Below are positions 18,713 to 27,678 of a stretch of DNA of 64,000 nt, piece after piece. The stretch lies in NCBI GenBank assembly GCA_036783095.1, contig DAIPXV010000001.1, positions 4,043 through 68,042 of the forward strand, written 5' to 3'. The notes beneath the pieces are model-generated. The model was given only the letters and a program-made list of their open reading frames with translations, searched no databases and was not told where the DNA came from. Both the position numbers and the translations under genes were made by a program. Numbering within the stretch: the first letter of the stretch is position 1; each line of letters opens with the position of its first letter. The DNA is from Candidatus Bipolaricaulota bacterium (lineage in GTDB: Bacteria > Bipolaricaulota > Bipolaricaulia > RBG-16-55-9 > DRXL01).

Positions 18713-20710
18713 ATGTTTAAATACATTAAATTCATCGCCGTAGTAGCCTTGCTCACGCTCTTCATCGGGGCTGTGCTCTCGAGCCAGTCCAACTCGGTCG
18801 TGCAAGCCCAAGCTCAGAAGATCTACAAGCTCGCGATCTTCGAGGACCTAACGAGCTTGAATACGTTAGCCATTTTGGGCCCCAAGGCGACAGTGTGGAA
18901 CTTCTACGTCCGCCTGAACGGCTGGGGGCCCTCGCTCTTTGGGTTCTCGGACAAGTTCGATGACTACATCCCGGGGATTGCCGATGCCAGCACCGAGGAA
19001 GAAGCCAACAAGATGAAGACCATCGGCCCGGACAAGACCGCGACCATTAAGATCAAGAAGGGCATCAAGTGGTTCGACCCCAAGACGGGCAAGGAGATCG
19101 GCGAGCTGACCGCTGAAGACGTAGCGTTCAGCTTCAACGCGATCATGGGGAAGAACGTCAAGGGCGAGGATGCGTACAAGGGCATTACCCCTGTGAAGAT
19201 GGGCGGCAACTGGCCGGGCATTATTAACCCCGACTTCTTCGATCACGCCGAGGTCGTAGATAAATACACGGTGAAGTTCTATCTAAAGGCGCAGTGCAGC
19301 TACGACGGCTGGGATGAGGGCTTGCTCTTTGCGCCCATCTTCAGCAAGGCGTACTGGGAGCCCAAGTTCGAAGCTGCGGCCAAGGCTCAAGACCCCATCA
19401 AGGCTCTCTATGAGCACAAGGGCGACGACGAGCCCGTGGCGGGTGGCTGGCTCTTCCAGAAGTGGGAGCCCGGGGCCTTCGCTGAGTCTACAGCTAATAA
19501 GAATCACTATTTCTACGGAGTTAAGAGCGTCCGGCCCTACTCCGGTGGCTACACCGAAGAGAAGCCTGGCGTCTATAAGTACACCCACACCACCAAGGTC
19601 GGGTTTGCCTACGACGGCGATCAAGGCTCGGCTATTCTCGATAAAGATAAGCCCACAGTGAGATTAGAGCTGACCACCGGCCCGTTCGTGGATGCGACGC
19701 AGTGGCGCATCTACGGCGACCAAGCCACAGCCGTCGCCGCGCTCATCAAGGGTGATGTGCACTTCATGCTCAACCCCTTGGGCGTGCAAGCGGGCTTCCG
19801 CAAGCAGCTCAAGGAAGCCAAGGGCGTGGGCATCGCGGAGAACGCCGGCAACGGCTTGTACTATATGAGCTTTAACCTGCGCCGCGAGCCCTTCAACGTC
19901 AAGGAGTTCCGCCAAGCGGTTTCCATTATGATCGACCGCGAGTTCGTCACGCAGCAGCTCTTGGCAGGCTTGGCCATCCCCACGTACTCCATCGTGCCGC
20001 TGGCCAACACTGGCTGGTATAACCCCAACGTCAAGACCTACGGCAAGGGCCTCAAAGAAGCTGAGAAGGCCGATCTGGCGATCAAGCTCCTCAAGCAAGC
20101 TGGCTTCAGCTGGGACACTGAGCCCAAGGTTGATATCCCCAACAACAAGGTCACGCCGGGGCGCGGGCTCAAGTACAAGGGCAAGCCTGTCCAGCCCTTC
20201 GAGTTGCTCGCGCCGCACCAGGGCTATGACCCCTTGCGTGCCACGTTCGCCCTGCACATCGAGGAGCGCCTCAACAAGATCGGCATCCCTGTCAAGGTCA
20301 ATTTGACAGGGTTTAACACGATTGCCAGCCGCGTCTTCGATGAGCAGAAGTTCGACGCGTGGATCTTGGGATGGGGCCTGGGCGGCAAGTTCCCCAGCTA
20401 CCTCGTGAGCTTCTTCCACAGCGAGAACTCCGGCTTAGGTGGCCAGAACCCGCAAGGGTACAACAACCCGGAGTTCGACAAGATCGCCGATGAGTTCCGC
20501 GCGGCCTGCGAGCAGGCTAAGCTCAAGGAGCTGGCGTTCAAGATGCAGGAGATCCTCTCCGAAGAGCTGCCCTACGTGCCGCTCTTCAACGCCCCGCTCT
20601 TTGAGGCGTTCCGCGCCGATGCCTTCGTCGGTGACCATATGCCCTACGAGAAGGTCTTCGACGGCATCCAGGGCACGAACGGCTTGATGAGCTATGTCCA
20701 GCTCAAGTAA
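18713..20710 (+). CDS. ABC transporter substrate-binding protein, family 5
   Basis: Signal peptide and the size/sequence style of SBP_bac_5. RBS GAAGGAGG. Heads a complete B-C-D-F cluster. Confidence 0.8.
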   Translation: MFKYIKFIAVVALLTLFIGAVLSSQSNSVVQAQAQKIYKLAIFEDLTSLNTLAILGPKATVWNFYVRLNGWGPSLFGFSDKFDDYIPGIADASTEEEANKMKTIGPDKTATIKIKKGIKWFDPKTGKEIGELTAEDVAFSFNAIMGKNVKGEDAYKGITPVKMGGNWPGIINPDFFDHAEVVDKYTVKFYLKAQCSYDGWDEGLLFAPIFSKAYWEPKFEAAAKAQDPIKALYEHKGDDEPVAGGWLFQKWEPGAFAESTANKNHYFYGVKSVRPYSGGYTEEKPGVYKYTHTTKVGFAYDGDQGSAILDKDKPTVRLELTTGPFVDATQWRIYGDQATAVAALIKGDVHFMLNPLGVQAGFRKQLKEAKGVGIAENAGNGLYYMSFNLRREPFNVKEFRQAVSIMIDREFVTQQLLAGLAIPTYSIVPLANTGWYNPNVKTYGKGLKEAEKADLAIKLLKQAGFSWDTEPKVDIPNNKVTPGRGLKYKGKPVQPFELLAPHQGYDPLRATFALHIEERLNKIGIPVKVNLTGFNTIASRVFDEQKFDAWILGWGLGGKFPSYLVSFFHSENSGLGGQNPQGYNNPEFDKIADEFRAACEQAKLKELAFKMQEILSEELPYVPLFNAPLFEAFRADAFVGDHMPYEKVFDGIQGTNGLMSYVQLK

Positions 20711-20717
20711 ATAAGAG

Positions 20718-20765
20718 CCCCTCTGGGGGGTGAGGGCTTCTCACCCCCCAGAGTCCCCTCTTTCA
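20718..20765 (+). terminator. Hairpin attenuator/terminator after the SBP gene
   Basis: CTCTGGGGGGTGAG ggcttc CTCACCCCCCAGAG, then a weak T tract. Confidence 0.45.
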
Positions 20766-20792
20766 CTGATTGACAAAAGGGGCAAGAACGCT

Positions 20793-22139
20793 ATGAATCG
20801 CATATGGCAGTTCCTAACCAGCGGCATGAGCAAATTCATCATCGTGCGCCTCCTCCAGATTATTCTTGTGCTCTATCTCTACATAACGCTGGTCTTTATT
20901 ATCTTGGAAGCCCAGCCGGGAGATATCACAGATATCTATGTGGGAAACCCCAAGATTACCCCAGAGGCGCGTGAGGCCATCGTCAAGCAGCTCGGCTTGG
21001 ATAAGCCAATATACGAACGATATTTTGAGTATCTGAAGAACTTCGTGACGGGGCATCTTGGGTGTTCTTTCAAATGGGGCAAAATCAGCCCTACCCCCGA
21101 TCCGGTCTGCCGCGAGCAGCGCCCCACGTGGGATCTCATCAAGGAGCGCCTGCCTCGGACCTTGGTGCTCTTTTTGACGTATACGATCGTATCGTTCTAT
21201 ATCGGGTTCTTTTTGGGGAAGCTGATCGCCTGGCGGCGCGGTGCGGTCATTGAATATCTCTCGACGGTCGTGGGCGTCGTGCTCTTTACCGTCTTCACGC
21301 CGTGGTTTGCGCTGCTGCTCGTCTGGCTCTTCGCGGTGAATTTTGGCGTCGTCCCTATCGGCGGGTTTATCAACCCCGATAGCTGGACCAATATTCGCCA
21401 GGTCGGGTCGGTTGACTGCAGCATTGGGATTAGCTGCTCGAATGTCGTCTTCAATCATCTGTTGTTATGGCTTGGGGGACTGACGTTCTTCTGGGGGATT
21501 GTCTATCTGTGGAGCCGGCGATTGCCCTATGCGTGGCAGAAGAACGTTGTGCGCTGGGGGGCTGTAGCGCTCGGTTTGGTCTTAGCCGGGCTTTTCTTTG
21601 GCGGCGGCTGGCCCGGGGAAGTAGATCGCGTGGTGTTAGCGCGCGCGACGAAATTCCAGTTCTTCGTCTGGCACTTTGAATTTCCCGCGGGCACGATCCC
21701 GCTCTTCCCTTTGGCGCTCGACTTTGTGCAGCATATGGTGCTGCCCATCTTGACGCTCACGCTCATATCTTTTGCGGGCACGATGCTGTTGATGAGAAAT
21801 ACGATGTTGGAGACAATGCGCGAAGACTACGTGATGGCTGCTAAAGCCAAAGGCTTGCCCGATGACGTCGTCCGTGACAAGCACGCCGCGCGCAATGCCT
21901 TGCTCCCTGTCGTCACCAGCTTGATCTTCGCCATCGCGTTCTCTGTGGACGGGGGCGTCTTCACCGAAACGATCTTCTCTTGGCCGGGGATGGGGCAGCT
22001 CTTGCTATTGAGCGCGCTTGAGCAAGACTACCCCGTGGCCATCGGGGCGCTCGTCTTTACGGGGATCTTTGCCCTTGTCGCTCACGTTGTCGCTGATATC
22101 CTCTATGCGTTCTTGGATCCGCGCATCAGATATGACTAA
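20793..22139 (+). CDS. ABC permease (OppB/DppB-like) with a large extracytoplasmic insertion
   Basis: C-terminal EAA-like region MRNTMLETMREDYVMAAKAKGL. ~449 aa, longer than typical because of extra loop and TM segments. Confidence 0.75.
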   Translation: MNRIWQFLTSGMSKFIIVRLLQIILVLYLYITLVFIILEAQPGDITDIYVGNPKITPEAREAIVKQLGLDKPIYERYFEYLKNFVTGHLGCSFKWGKISPTPDPVCREQRPTWDLIKERLPRTLVLFLTYTIVSFYIGFFLGKLIAWRRGAVIEYLSTVVGVVLFTVFTPWFALLLVWLFAVNFGVVPIGGFINPDSWTNIRQVGSVDCSIGISCSNVVFNHLLLWLGGLTFFWGIVYLWSRRLPYAWQKNVVRWGAVALGLVLAGLFFGGGWPGEVDRVVLARATKFQFFVWHFEFPAGTIPLFPLALDFVQHMVLPILTLTLISFAGTMLLMRNTMLETMREDYVMAAKAKGLPDDVVRDKHAARNALLPVVTSLIFAIAFSVDGGVFTETIFSWPGMGQLLLLSALEQDYPVAIGALVFTGIFALVAHVVADILYAFLDPRIRYD

Positions 22140-22159
22140 AGGGTAGGAAGGGAGAATCT

Positions 22160-23188
22160 ATGCAAGCTGTTCCAGCATTTAAGCCTGCGGAACCGATCTG
22201 GCGGGTGCGCCTCCAGCTCTTGGGGAGGGGGCTCAAGGGCAGTTGGGCTATGTTTGCCGAGAGCAAGATCGGGCTGACGGGCTTAGGGATTATTATATTC
22301 TTTGCGCTCTTTGGGGCGCTGTGGCCTATCTATCCCTGGTTAATGGAGCATATAGCGTGGACGCCGGAGGAGCTCGAAGCGGCGCGCAACGCCCCCTATG
22401 GCGCTATCAGCAGTATCTATCAAGTCTATGATCCCGTGGTGGGCTATGATCCGCTCATCCCGGGGCTCGAGAACCCCAGCCCGCCCTCGCGCCGCCACCC
22501 TCTAGGGACGAATCAGTTTGGGCGCGACATCCTCGCCCAACTGATGGCAAGCACCGGCTCAGAGTTTATGCTGGGGGTCTTGGCCGCGGTTATCACCGTC
22601 GTGATCGGCACGCTCATCGGTGCGATCACGGCGTACTATGGGGGCTTCGTTGATACGTTCTTCATGCGATTGGCTGACGTCTTCATTCTCTTCCCGTTGG
22701 TCTCGTTCTTGATTGTATTGGGCTCAATGATCGAGCTGACGCTCATCAAGCTCGCGTTCGTCTTGGGAATTCTCTACGGCTTTGGACAGATCACAGTGAT
22801 CTTAAAATCCCAAGCATTGGCCGTGAAAGTGAAGCCCTATATCGAAGCAGCTAAGGTTGCCGGCGGCGGGCACTTCCACGTGATCTTCCGCCATATCATC
22901 CCCAATCTGTTGCCCCTCTCGTTCCTCTATATGATGTTCAACGTCACTGGAGCGATCTTCTCCGAAGCGGCTCTGTCGTTCTTTGGGCTGCTGCCTGGGA
23001 TCAAAGTCAGTTGGGGCATTATGATCGACTCCGCCCACAGCGGTGGCTATATCTTAGGGGGACGATCCTTCCAAAACTGGTGGCTGTGGATGCCCCCCGG
23101 TGTAGCGATCACGCTGCTCTGCTCGGCGTTCTATCTTGTAGGCCGCGGCTTGGACGAAGTAGTCAACCCGCGCCTGCGCAAGAGGTGA
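22160..23188 (+). CDS. ABC permease (OppC/DppC-like)
   Basis: Permease fold. RBS GGAAGGGAGA. Confidence 0.75.
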   Translation: MQAVPAFKPAEPIWRVRLQLLGRGLKGSWAMFAESKIGLTGLGIIIFFALFGALWPIYPWLMEHIAWTPEELEAARNAPYGAISSIYQVYDPVVGYDPLIPGLENPSPPSRRHPLGTNQFGRDILAQLMASTGSEFMLGVLAAVITVVIGTLIGAITAYYGGFVDTFFMRLADVFILFPLVSFLIVLGSMIELTLIKLAFVLGILYGFGQITVILKSQALAVKVKPYIEAAKVAGGGHFHVIFRHIIPNLLPLSFLYMMFNVTGAIFSEAALSFFGLLPGIKVSWGIMIDSAHSGGYILGGRSFQNWWLWMPPGVAITLLCSAFYLVGRGLDEVVNPRLRKR

Positions 23189-23192
23189 GACC

Positions 23193-24350
23193 GTGACCAC
23201 CCTGACGACCTATCCCGTCCTCCAAGTCGAGAACTTAACAATGCACTATACCACCCGCAAGGGGGCGGTCAAAGCCGTCGAGAACGTGAGCTTCTCCCTC
23301 GATAAGGGCGAAGCTTTGGGGCTTGTAGGCGAGTCCGGCTGCGGCAAGACCTCCGTGGCGTTGACGCTCTTGCGCTTGCTCCCGGAGAATGCGCAGTTCT
23401 TGGGAGGGCACGTCTATTTCTTCCGGGATGGCTCTGACGAAGCCCACGCGCGCCGCGCCGTGGGAAAGCCCGTAAAAATCTTAGTGGACGGGCAAAGGCA
23501 CCAAGGGCGCCTGCTGGAACTTGGGCGATCGGAGATCGTGCTCGAGGCCCACACTAACGGACGGACTCAGCAAGTGCGCCTCGGTCGGGATCAGATCGCG
23601 CGCCTCGGTGTTGATCTCACAGCGCTCAGCGACGAAGAGATGCGCCCCATCCGATGGAAGGGCATCTCCATGATCTTCCAAGCGGCGATGAACTCCCTCA
23701 ATCCCGTTTACAAAGTCGGGGATCAGATCATCGAGGCGATGCAGACCCATATGCCCATCTCTGTCCCGGAGGCGCGGGAGCGCATCGCGCAGCTCTTTCA
23801 GCTCGTGGGCCTGGACCGCCAACTGATGGACCGTTACCCCCATGAATACTCTGGAGGCATGAAGCAGCGCGCGGTGATCGCGATGGCGCTTGCGTGCGAT
23901 CCCGATATTATTATCGCGGACGAGCCGACGACGGCTCTCGATGTCATCGTCCAAGATAAGATCTTGCGCGAGATGCGCCAGATTCAGAAGAAGCTCAATA
24001 TGAGCATGATCTATATTTCGCACGACATTGCCGTCATTGCCGAGGTCGCCGATAAAGTCGGGGTAATGTATGCAGGGGGCCTGGTCGAGTTTGGACCTTC
24101 AGAGGCGATCTTCAAGAGCCCCATCCACCCCTATACCAAAGCGCTCATGTCAGCGTTCCCCTCTATTAAAGGGGAAAAGGTGAAACTTGCGGCGCTGCCT
24201 GGGGAACCCCCGGACTTAATTAAGCCCCCTTCTGGCTGTCGGTTCCACCCCAGGTGCCCCTACGCAACGGAGATCTGCGAGCGCGAGGTGCCACAGTTTG
24301 TCGAACACAAGCCCAAGCAGTATGCGGCTTGCTGGAATCCCTTAATTTAA
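23193..24350 (+). CDS. ABC ATPase (OppD/DppD-like) with a ~50-aa insertion after Walker A
   Basis: GESGCGKTS (Walker A), LSGGMKQR (signature), IIIADEPTTALD (Walker B), C-terminal CRFHPRCPY oligopeptide-type tail. Confidence 0.85.
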   Translation: MTTLTTYPVLQVENLTMHYTTRKGAVKAVENVSFSLDKGEALGLVGESGCGKTSVALTLLRLLPENAQFLGGHVYFFRDGSDEAHARRAVGKPVKILVDGQRHQGRLLELGRSEIVLEAHTNGRTQQVRLGRDQIARLGVDLTALSDEEMRPIRWKGISMIFQAAMNSLNPVYKVGDQIIEAMQTHMPISVPEARERIAQLFQLVGLDRQLMDRYPHEYSGGMKQRAVIAMALACDPDIIIADEPTTALDVIVQDKILREMRQIQKKLNMSMIYISHDIAVIAEVADKVGVMYAGGLVEFGPSEAIFKSPIHPYTKALMSAFPSIKGEKVKLAALPGEPPDLIKPPSGCRFHPRCPYATEICEREVPQFVEHKPKQYAACWNPLI

Positions 24351-24365
24351 CTAGAATTAGAGTAG

Positions 24366-25409
24366 GTGATCACGGTGGCATTACAAGTACAGACCAAGAC
24401 GGAAACCTTGGTACGCGTGGAGAACTTGCGCAAGTTCTACCCTGTATCTACCGGGGTCTTTGCGCGAGCGCGGAGCTTCATCCACGCCGTGGACGATGTG
24501 AGCTTTGATATTAACCGTGGGGAGATCTTTGGGCTCATTGGGGAGTCCGGGTGCGGCAAGACCACCACGGGGAAGCTCCTTGTGCGACTCATTGATCCCA
24601 CAGCTGGGCATATCTATATGCGTGTCTTCAGCGATCCCACCACGGATTCCCAAGGGGAGAAGTTTGTAGACATCGCGACTTTAGAAGGACGAGCGCTCAA
24701 GGAGTTTCGGCGCAACGCCCAGATGATCTTCCAAGATCCTTACGAATCGCTCAATCCCCGCATGACGATCTTCGATATCGTCTCCGAGCCGTTGGGCATC
24801 CATGGGATCGGCAACATCTACGAGCGGGAGGAGCGCGTGGCGGAACTGTTGAGCTTGGTGGGCTTGACACCCCCGGAGAGCTTTCTCTTTCGCTATCCCC
24901 ATGAGCTGTCGGGTGGCCAGCGCCAGCGCGTCGCCATCGCCCGCGCTATGATTCTCAACCCCAGCTTCATTGTGGCCGACGAGCCCACGTCAATGCTCGA
25001 TGTCTCCATCCGCACCGGTGTCATGAACTTGATGCTCGATCTCCGTGAAGAGTTTGGGATCAGCTATCTCTATATTACCCACGATCTTGCGGTCGCGCGC
25101 TACATGTGCGATCGCATCGCCGTGATGTATCTGGGCAAGATCGTCGAGCTCGGGCCTACTGAAGAAGTCATCCAAAACCCGCTCCATCCCTACACCCGCG
25201 CCTTGATCTCAGCCGTGCCTATCCCCGATCCCACGGTCGAGCGCCAGCCCATTGAGATCAAGGGCGGGGTGAGCAAGCCCATCGATCCCGCGCCGCGCTG
25301 CCGGTTCTACGAACGCTGCCCCATCGCTACAGAACGCTGCGCGCGCGAGGACCATCCCCCCTTGGAAGATAAGGGCAATGGCCATCTCGTCGCATGCTAT
25401 GAGATCTGA
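24366..25409 (+). CDS. ABC ATPase (OppF/DppF-like)
   Basis: GESGCGKTT, LSGGQRQR, FIVADEPTSMLD, C-terminal CRFYERCP. Confidence 0.85.
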   Translation: MITVALQVQTKTETLVRVENLRKFYPVSTGVFARARSFIHAVDDVSFDINRGEIFGLIGESGCGKTTTGKLLVRLIDPTAGHIYMRVFSDPTTDSQGEKFVDIATLEGRALKEFRRNAQMIFQDPYESLNPRMTIFDIVSEPLGIHGIGNIYEREERVAELLSLVGLTPPESFLFRYPHELSGGQRQRVAIARAMILNPSFIVADEPTSMLDVSIRTGVMNLMLDLREEFGISYLYITHDLAVARYMCDRIAVMYLGKIVELGPTEEVIQNPLHPYTRALISAVPIPDPTVERQPIEIKGGVSKPIDPAPRCRFYERCPIATERCAREDHPPLEDKGNGHLVACYEI

Positions 25410-25923
25410 AAGACGATCGTGGCAAGAAATAGTTGGGATCAGCCTCCTTGGGGGGCTGCTCATCATTTCGTTAGTGTTGCTCTTTTTAACTGAGCAAAGC
25501 TATGCGGCCTTCCGTCAGACGCTCCAGGGGATTCGGTTTGCTGTCGAGCTCACAGATGTTGAGCAGGTCGCTCCACAGCAGGCCCACTTGCGCTGGATCG
25601 TCACCGTGACGATCCCCAATCCCAAGACCCCTGCATCGTTGGAGCTGTTAGATTGGCACCTGCGCAGTGCTGATGGGAGCATGCATCTGGGCTACTACAC
25701 AACCGGGGAGATTCAGGTCGCGTTGGCGTCCATTACCGAGGTCCCCGCAGAAGCCCTGATCGAGGGGCCGAACTTTGAGAAGTTGCAGCGGATTCAAGAA
25801 GCATCTGAAAGAGCACTGCTCTTTCAAGGGATGGCACGGCTGCGGTTTCGGTTGCCTCGAGGGGAAGAGAGCAAGATAATCCCCGTTGAGGGGATCTTCA
25901 CGCTTCCTGAGGGTGAGGAATGA
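25378..25923 (+). CDS. Hypothetical single-pass membrane protein (start 25378 or 25399)
   Basis: TM IVGISLLGGLLIISLVLLFL followed by a ~140-aa domain. Overlaps the end of the ATPase gene. Confidence 0.45.
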   Translation: MAISSHAMRSERRSWQEIVGISLLGGLLIISLVLLFLTEQSYAAFRQTLQGIRFAVELTDVEQVAPQQAHLRWIVTVTIPNPKTPASLELLDWHLRSADGSMHLGYYTTGEIQVALASITEVPAEALIEGPNFEKLQRIQEASERALLFQGMARLRFRLPRGEESKIIPVEGIFTLPEGEE

Positions 25924-26288
25924 AGCTTCTTCGATGGCTCGTGCTTGCCCTTACGGCTGGGGTGGCGGCAGGGGCGAGTTCTGCTCTGCAGGCAGGGGAG
26001 TTCCTCAAGTTCTCCCCTGTTTCGAATAACATCTCGTATGCGCTCGTTGCTCTCGTGGGGTTGAGCATAGGCTTGCTGGTCAGAGAGGTCCAAGAGGGCC
26101 TCATTATGGCGCTCTCTATCACTCTTGTAGGCGCCATCACGATCTTTCTCGCGCTCTATCTGCCCAACGTAGAGGTTGTCGCGACGGCTCCAGAACTGAT
26201 CTTGCGCTCGGTCTGGTGGGGGGCCCTCTCGACGTTCTTCTTAACGATTATCGGCATGGTCGTGGGGCGGATTCTCTCTGGAGAATAA
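25920..26288 (+). CDS. Hypothetical polytopic small membrane protein
   Basis: Three to four hydrophobic helices. ATGA overlap with the preceding ORF. Confidence 0.45.
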   Translation: MKLLRWLVLALTAGVAAGASSALQAGEFLKFSPVSNNISYALVALVGLSIGLLVREVQEGLIMALSITLVGAITIFLALYLPNVEVVATAPELILRSVWWGALSTFFLTIIGMVVGRILSGE

Positions 26289-26780
26289 CCGCAAGAGTAA
26301 ACGCTCCAGAGGGCGCCTCAGCTTGGCCCAAAACGAGTCTGATGGCGGGCTGACCGGAGCGACCAAGATCGCATAGAGCCCCGTGCGCTTCGCTCCCCAA
26401 ATATCCGTAAAGAGCTGATCCCCGATCATTACTGTCTGGGAAGGGGAACTGCGTAAGAGCGCGATGAGGCGCTCATAGCCGTGAGTTCTAGGCTTGCCCG
26501 CGCGCCACACTACCGGCCACGCCTCCAGCTGTGTTTTTAACAGCGAGCGATCTTCTCCGCTGTCGTTGCTGAGAAATCCTACGGCAAAGCCCAAAGCAAC
26601 TACGCGCTGTAGGAGCGCCTGAACGTCCTCCGGGATCAGAGGACATCCCCACTCCCCCAGGGTGTTATCTATATCAAAGACGAGCGCCCGATATCCCGCG
26701 CGGCGCAAGCGCTCATAGTCGATCTCATGTACCGAAGAACAGATCTCATCGGGGCGGAGGGCACTGAGCAGACGCTTCAC
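26241..26780 (-). CDS. yqeG: YqeG-family HAD-IIIA phosphatase
   Basis: LVFDIDNTL (HAD motif I), FLSNDSG, MIGDQLFTDIWGA (motif III/IV). Confidence 0.7.
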   Translation of the reverse strand: MKRLLSALRPDEICSSVHEIDYERLRRAGYRALVFDIDNTLGEWGCPLIPEDVQALLQRVVALGFAVGFLSNDSGEDRSLLKTQLEAWPVVWRAGKPRTHGYERLIALLRSSPSQTVMIGDQLFTDIWGAKRTGLYAILVAPVSPPSDSFWAKLRRPLERLLLRLFSRENPPHDHADNR

Positions 26781-27040
26781 GACTCGATCACAATCTCTCC
26801 CATGGAGACGTACTGGCGGAGCGTTTCCAAGAGACTCTCAACCTCCGGCCAAAAGTCCGGAGCGACATAGTTTTTATAGTAGAGCTTCCCACGGATGAGC
26901 TTCACGTCTCGGCGAGGATTGACCTTGTGATCGAAAGCCTTGAGGGCGCTATCGAAGAAATGCACGTCTTCCTCGGGAAGTTCTACATAGACGAGTAGAG
27001 CTTCTTGAGGAGGTGGAGGCAGATCACTCAGGTCGAGCAT
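26777..27040 (-). CDS. Hypothetical small protein in the mazG-yqeG operon
   Basis: 87-aa ORF overlapping both neighbours by 4-17 nt. Confidence 0.4.
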   Translation of the reverse strand: MLDLSDLPPPPQEALLVYVELPEEDVHFFDSALKAFDHKVNPRRDVKLIRGKLYYKNYVAPDFWPEVESLLETLRQYVSMGEIVIES

Positions 27041-27671
27041 GGCCGTCAGAGATTCTCTTCTCGATCTCTTGAGCGAACTGAGCGTTGACGCGCTTGAGGG
27101 CCAGCTCCGGGTCGAGCTGGAGCTCCCGCGCGCGCGCCACAATCTCAAAGAGCAGAGCCCCAAGACGGCGCTCATCGGGTTCGGCAAGCAGCGCCGTAAT
27201 AGCCGGCGAAGGCCGAACAGAAAATTCTTTATTAGATTGTGCCGCGCGCTCTTGTAATTTTCGGGCTTCGATCAAGGCCGGAAGAGCAGTTGTAACCGAC
27301 AAGCGTTTCCCTTCCTGACGCTTGATCTCCTCCCAGCGCCCTTTGATCTGCTCGACGTCTTTTGGAGATTCTGTGCCGAAGACGTGCGGATGCCGCCGCA
27401 CCACCTTCTCATAAATGCCCCGAAGCACATCGTGCAAGGTGAACTCTTTCTGCTCTTGGGCGATCTGCACATGGAAGGCTATGTGTAATAGGAGATCGCC
27501 TAGCTCGTCTCGAAGGGCTTGGCTCTCCCCAGATTCGATGGCCGCGACGGTCTCATACGCTTCCTCAATCAGTAGGCTTTTAAGCGACTCATGGGTCTGG
27601 GCGCGATCCCAAGGACACCCGCGCTCCGAGCGCAGGTGCGCCACCAATTCGACTAACGAACGCAGCTCCAT
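27024..27671 (-). CDS. mazG: MazG-family nucleoside triphosphate pyrophosphohydrolase
   Basis: LRSERGCPWDRAQTHESLKSLLIEEAYETVAAIE...ELGDLLLHIAFHVQIA. Confidence 0.8.
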   Translation of the reverse strand: MELRSLVELVAHLRSERGCPWDRAQTHESLKSLLIEEAYETVAAIESGESQALRDELGDLLLHIAFHVQIAQEQKEFTLHDVLRGIYEKVVRRHPHVFGTESPKDVEQIKGRWEEIKRQEGKRLSVTTALPALIEARKLQERAAQSNKEFSVRPSPAITALLAEPDERRLGALLFEIVARARELQLDPELALKRVNAQFAQEIEKRISDGHARPE

Positions 27672-27678
27672 ACTTTAA

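Noticed and set aside
19664-20419. 251-aa minus-strand ORF
   Set aside because: Antisense shadow of the second SBP gene.
20718-20765. Possible third copy of the repeat family
   Set aside because: It shares only the GGGGTGAGGG/CTCACCCC words and is a simple hairpin in the opposite arrangement. It is better explained as a GC-rich terminator after the SBP gene.
20730-20792. Upstream start (20730) for the first permease of cluster 2
   Set aside because: That extension runs through the terminator hairpin. MNRIWQFL at 20793 is the plausible start.
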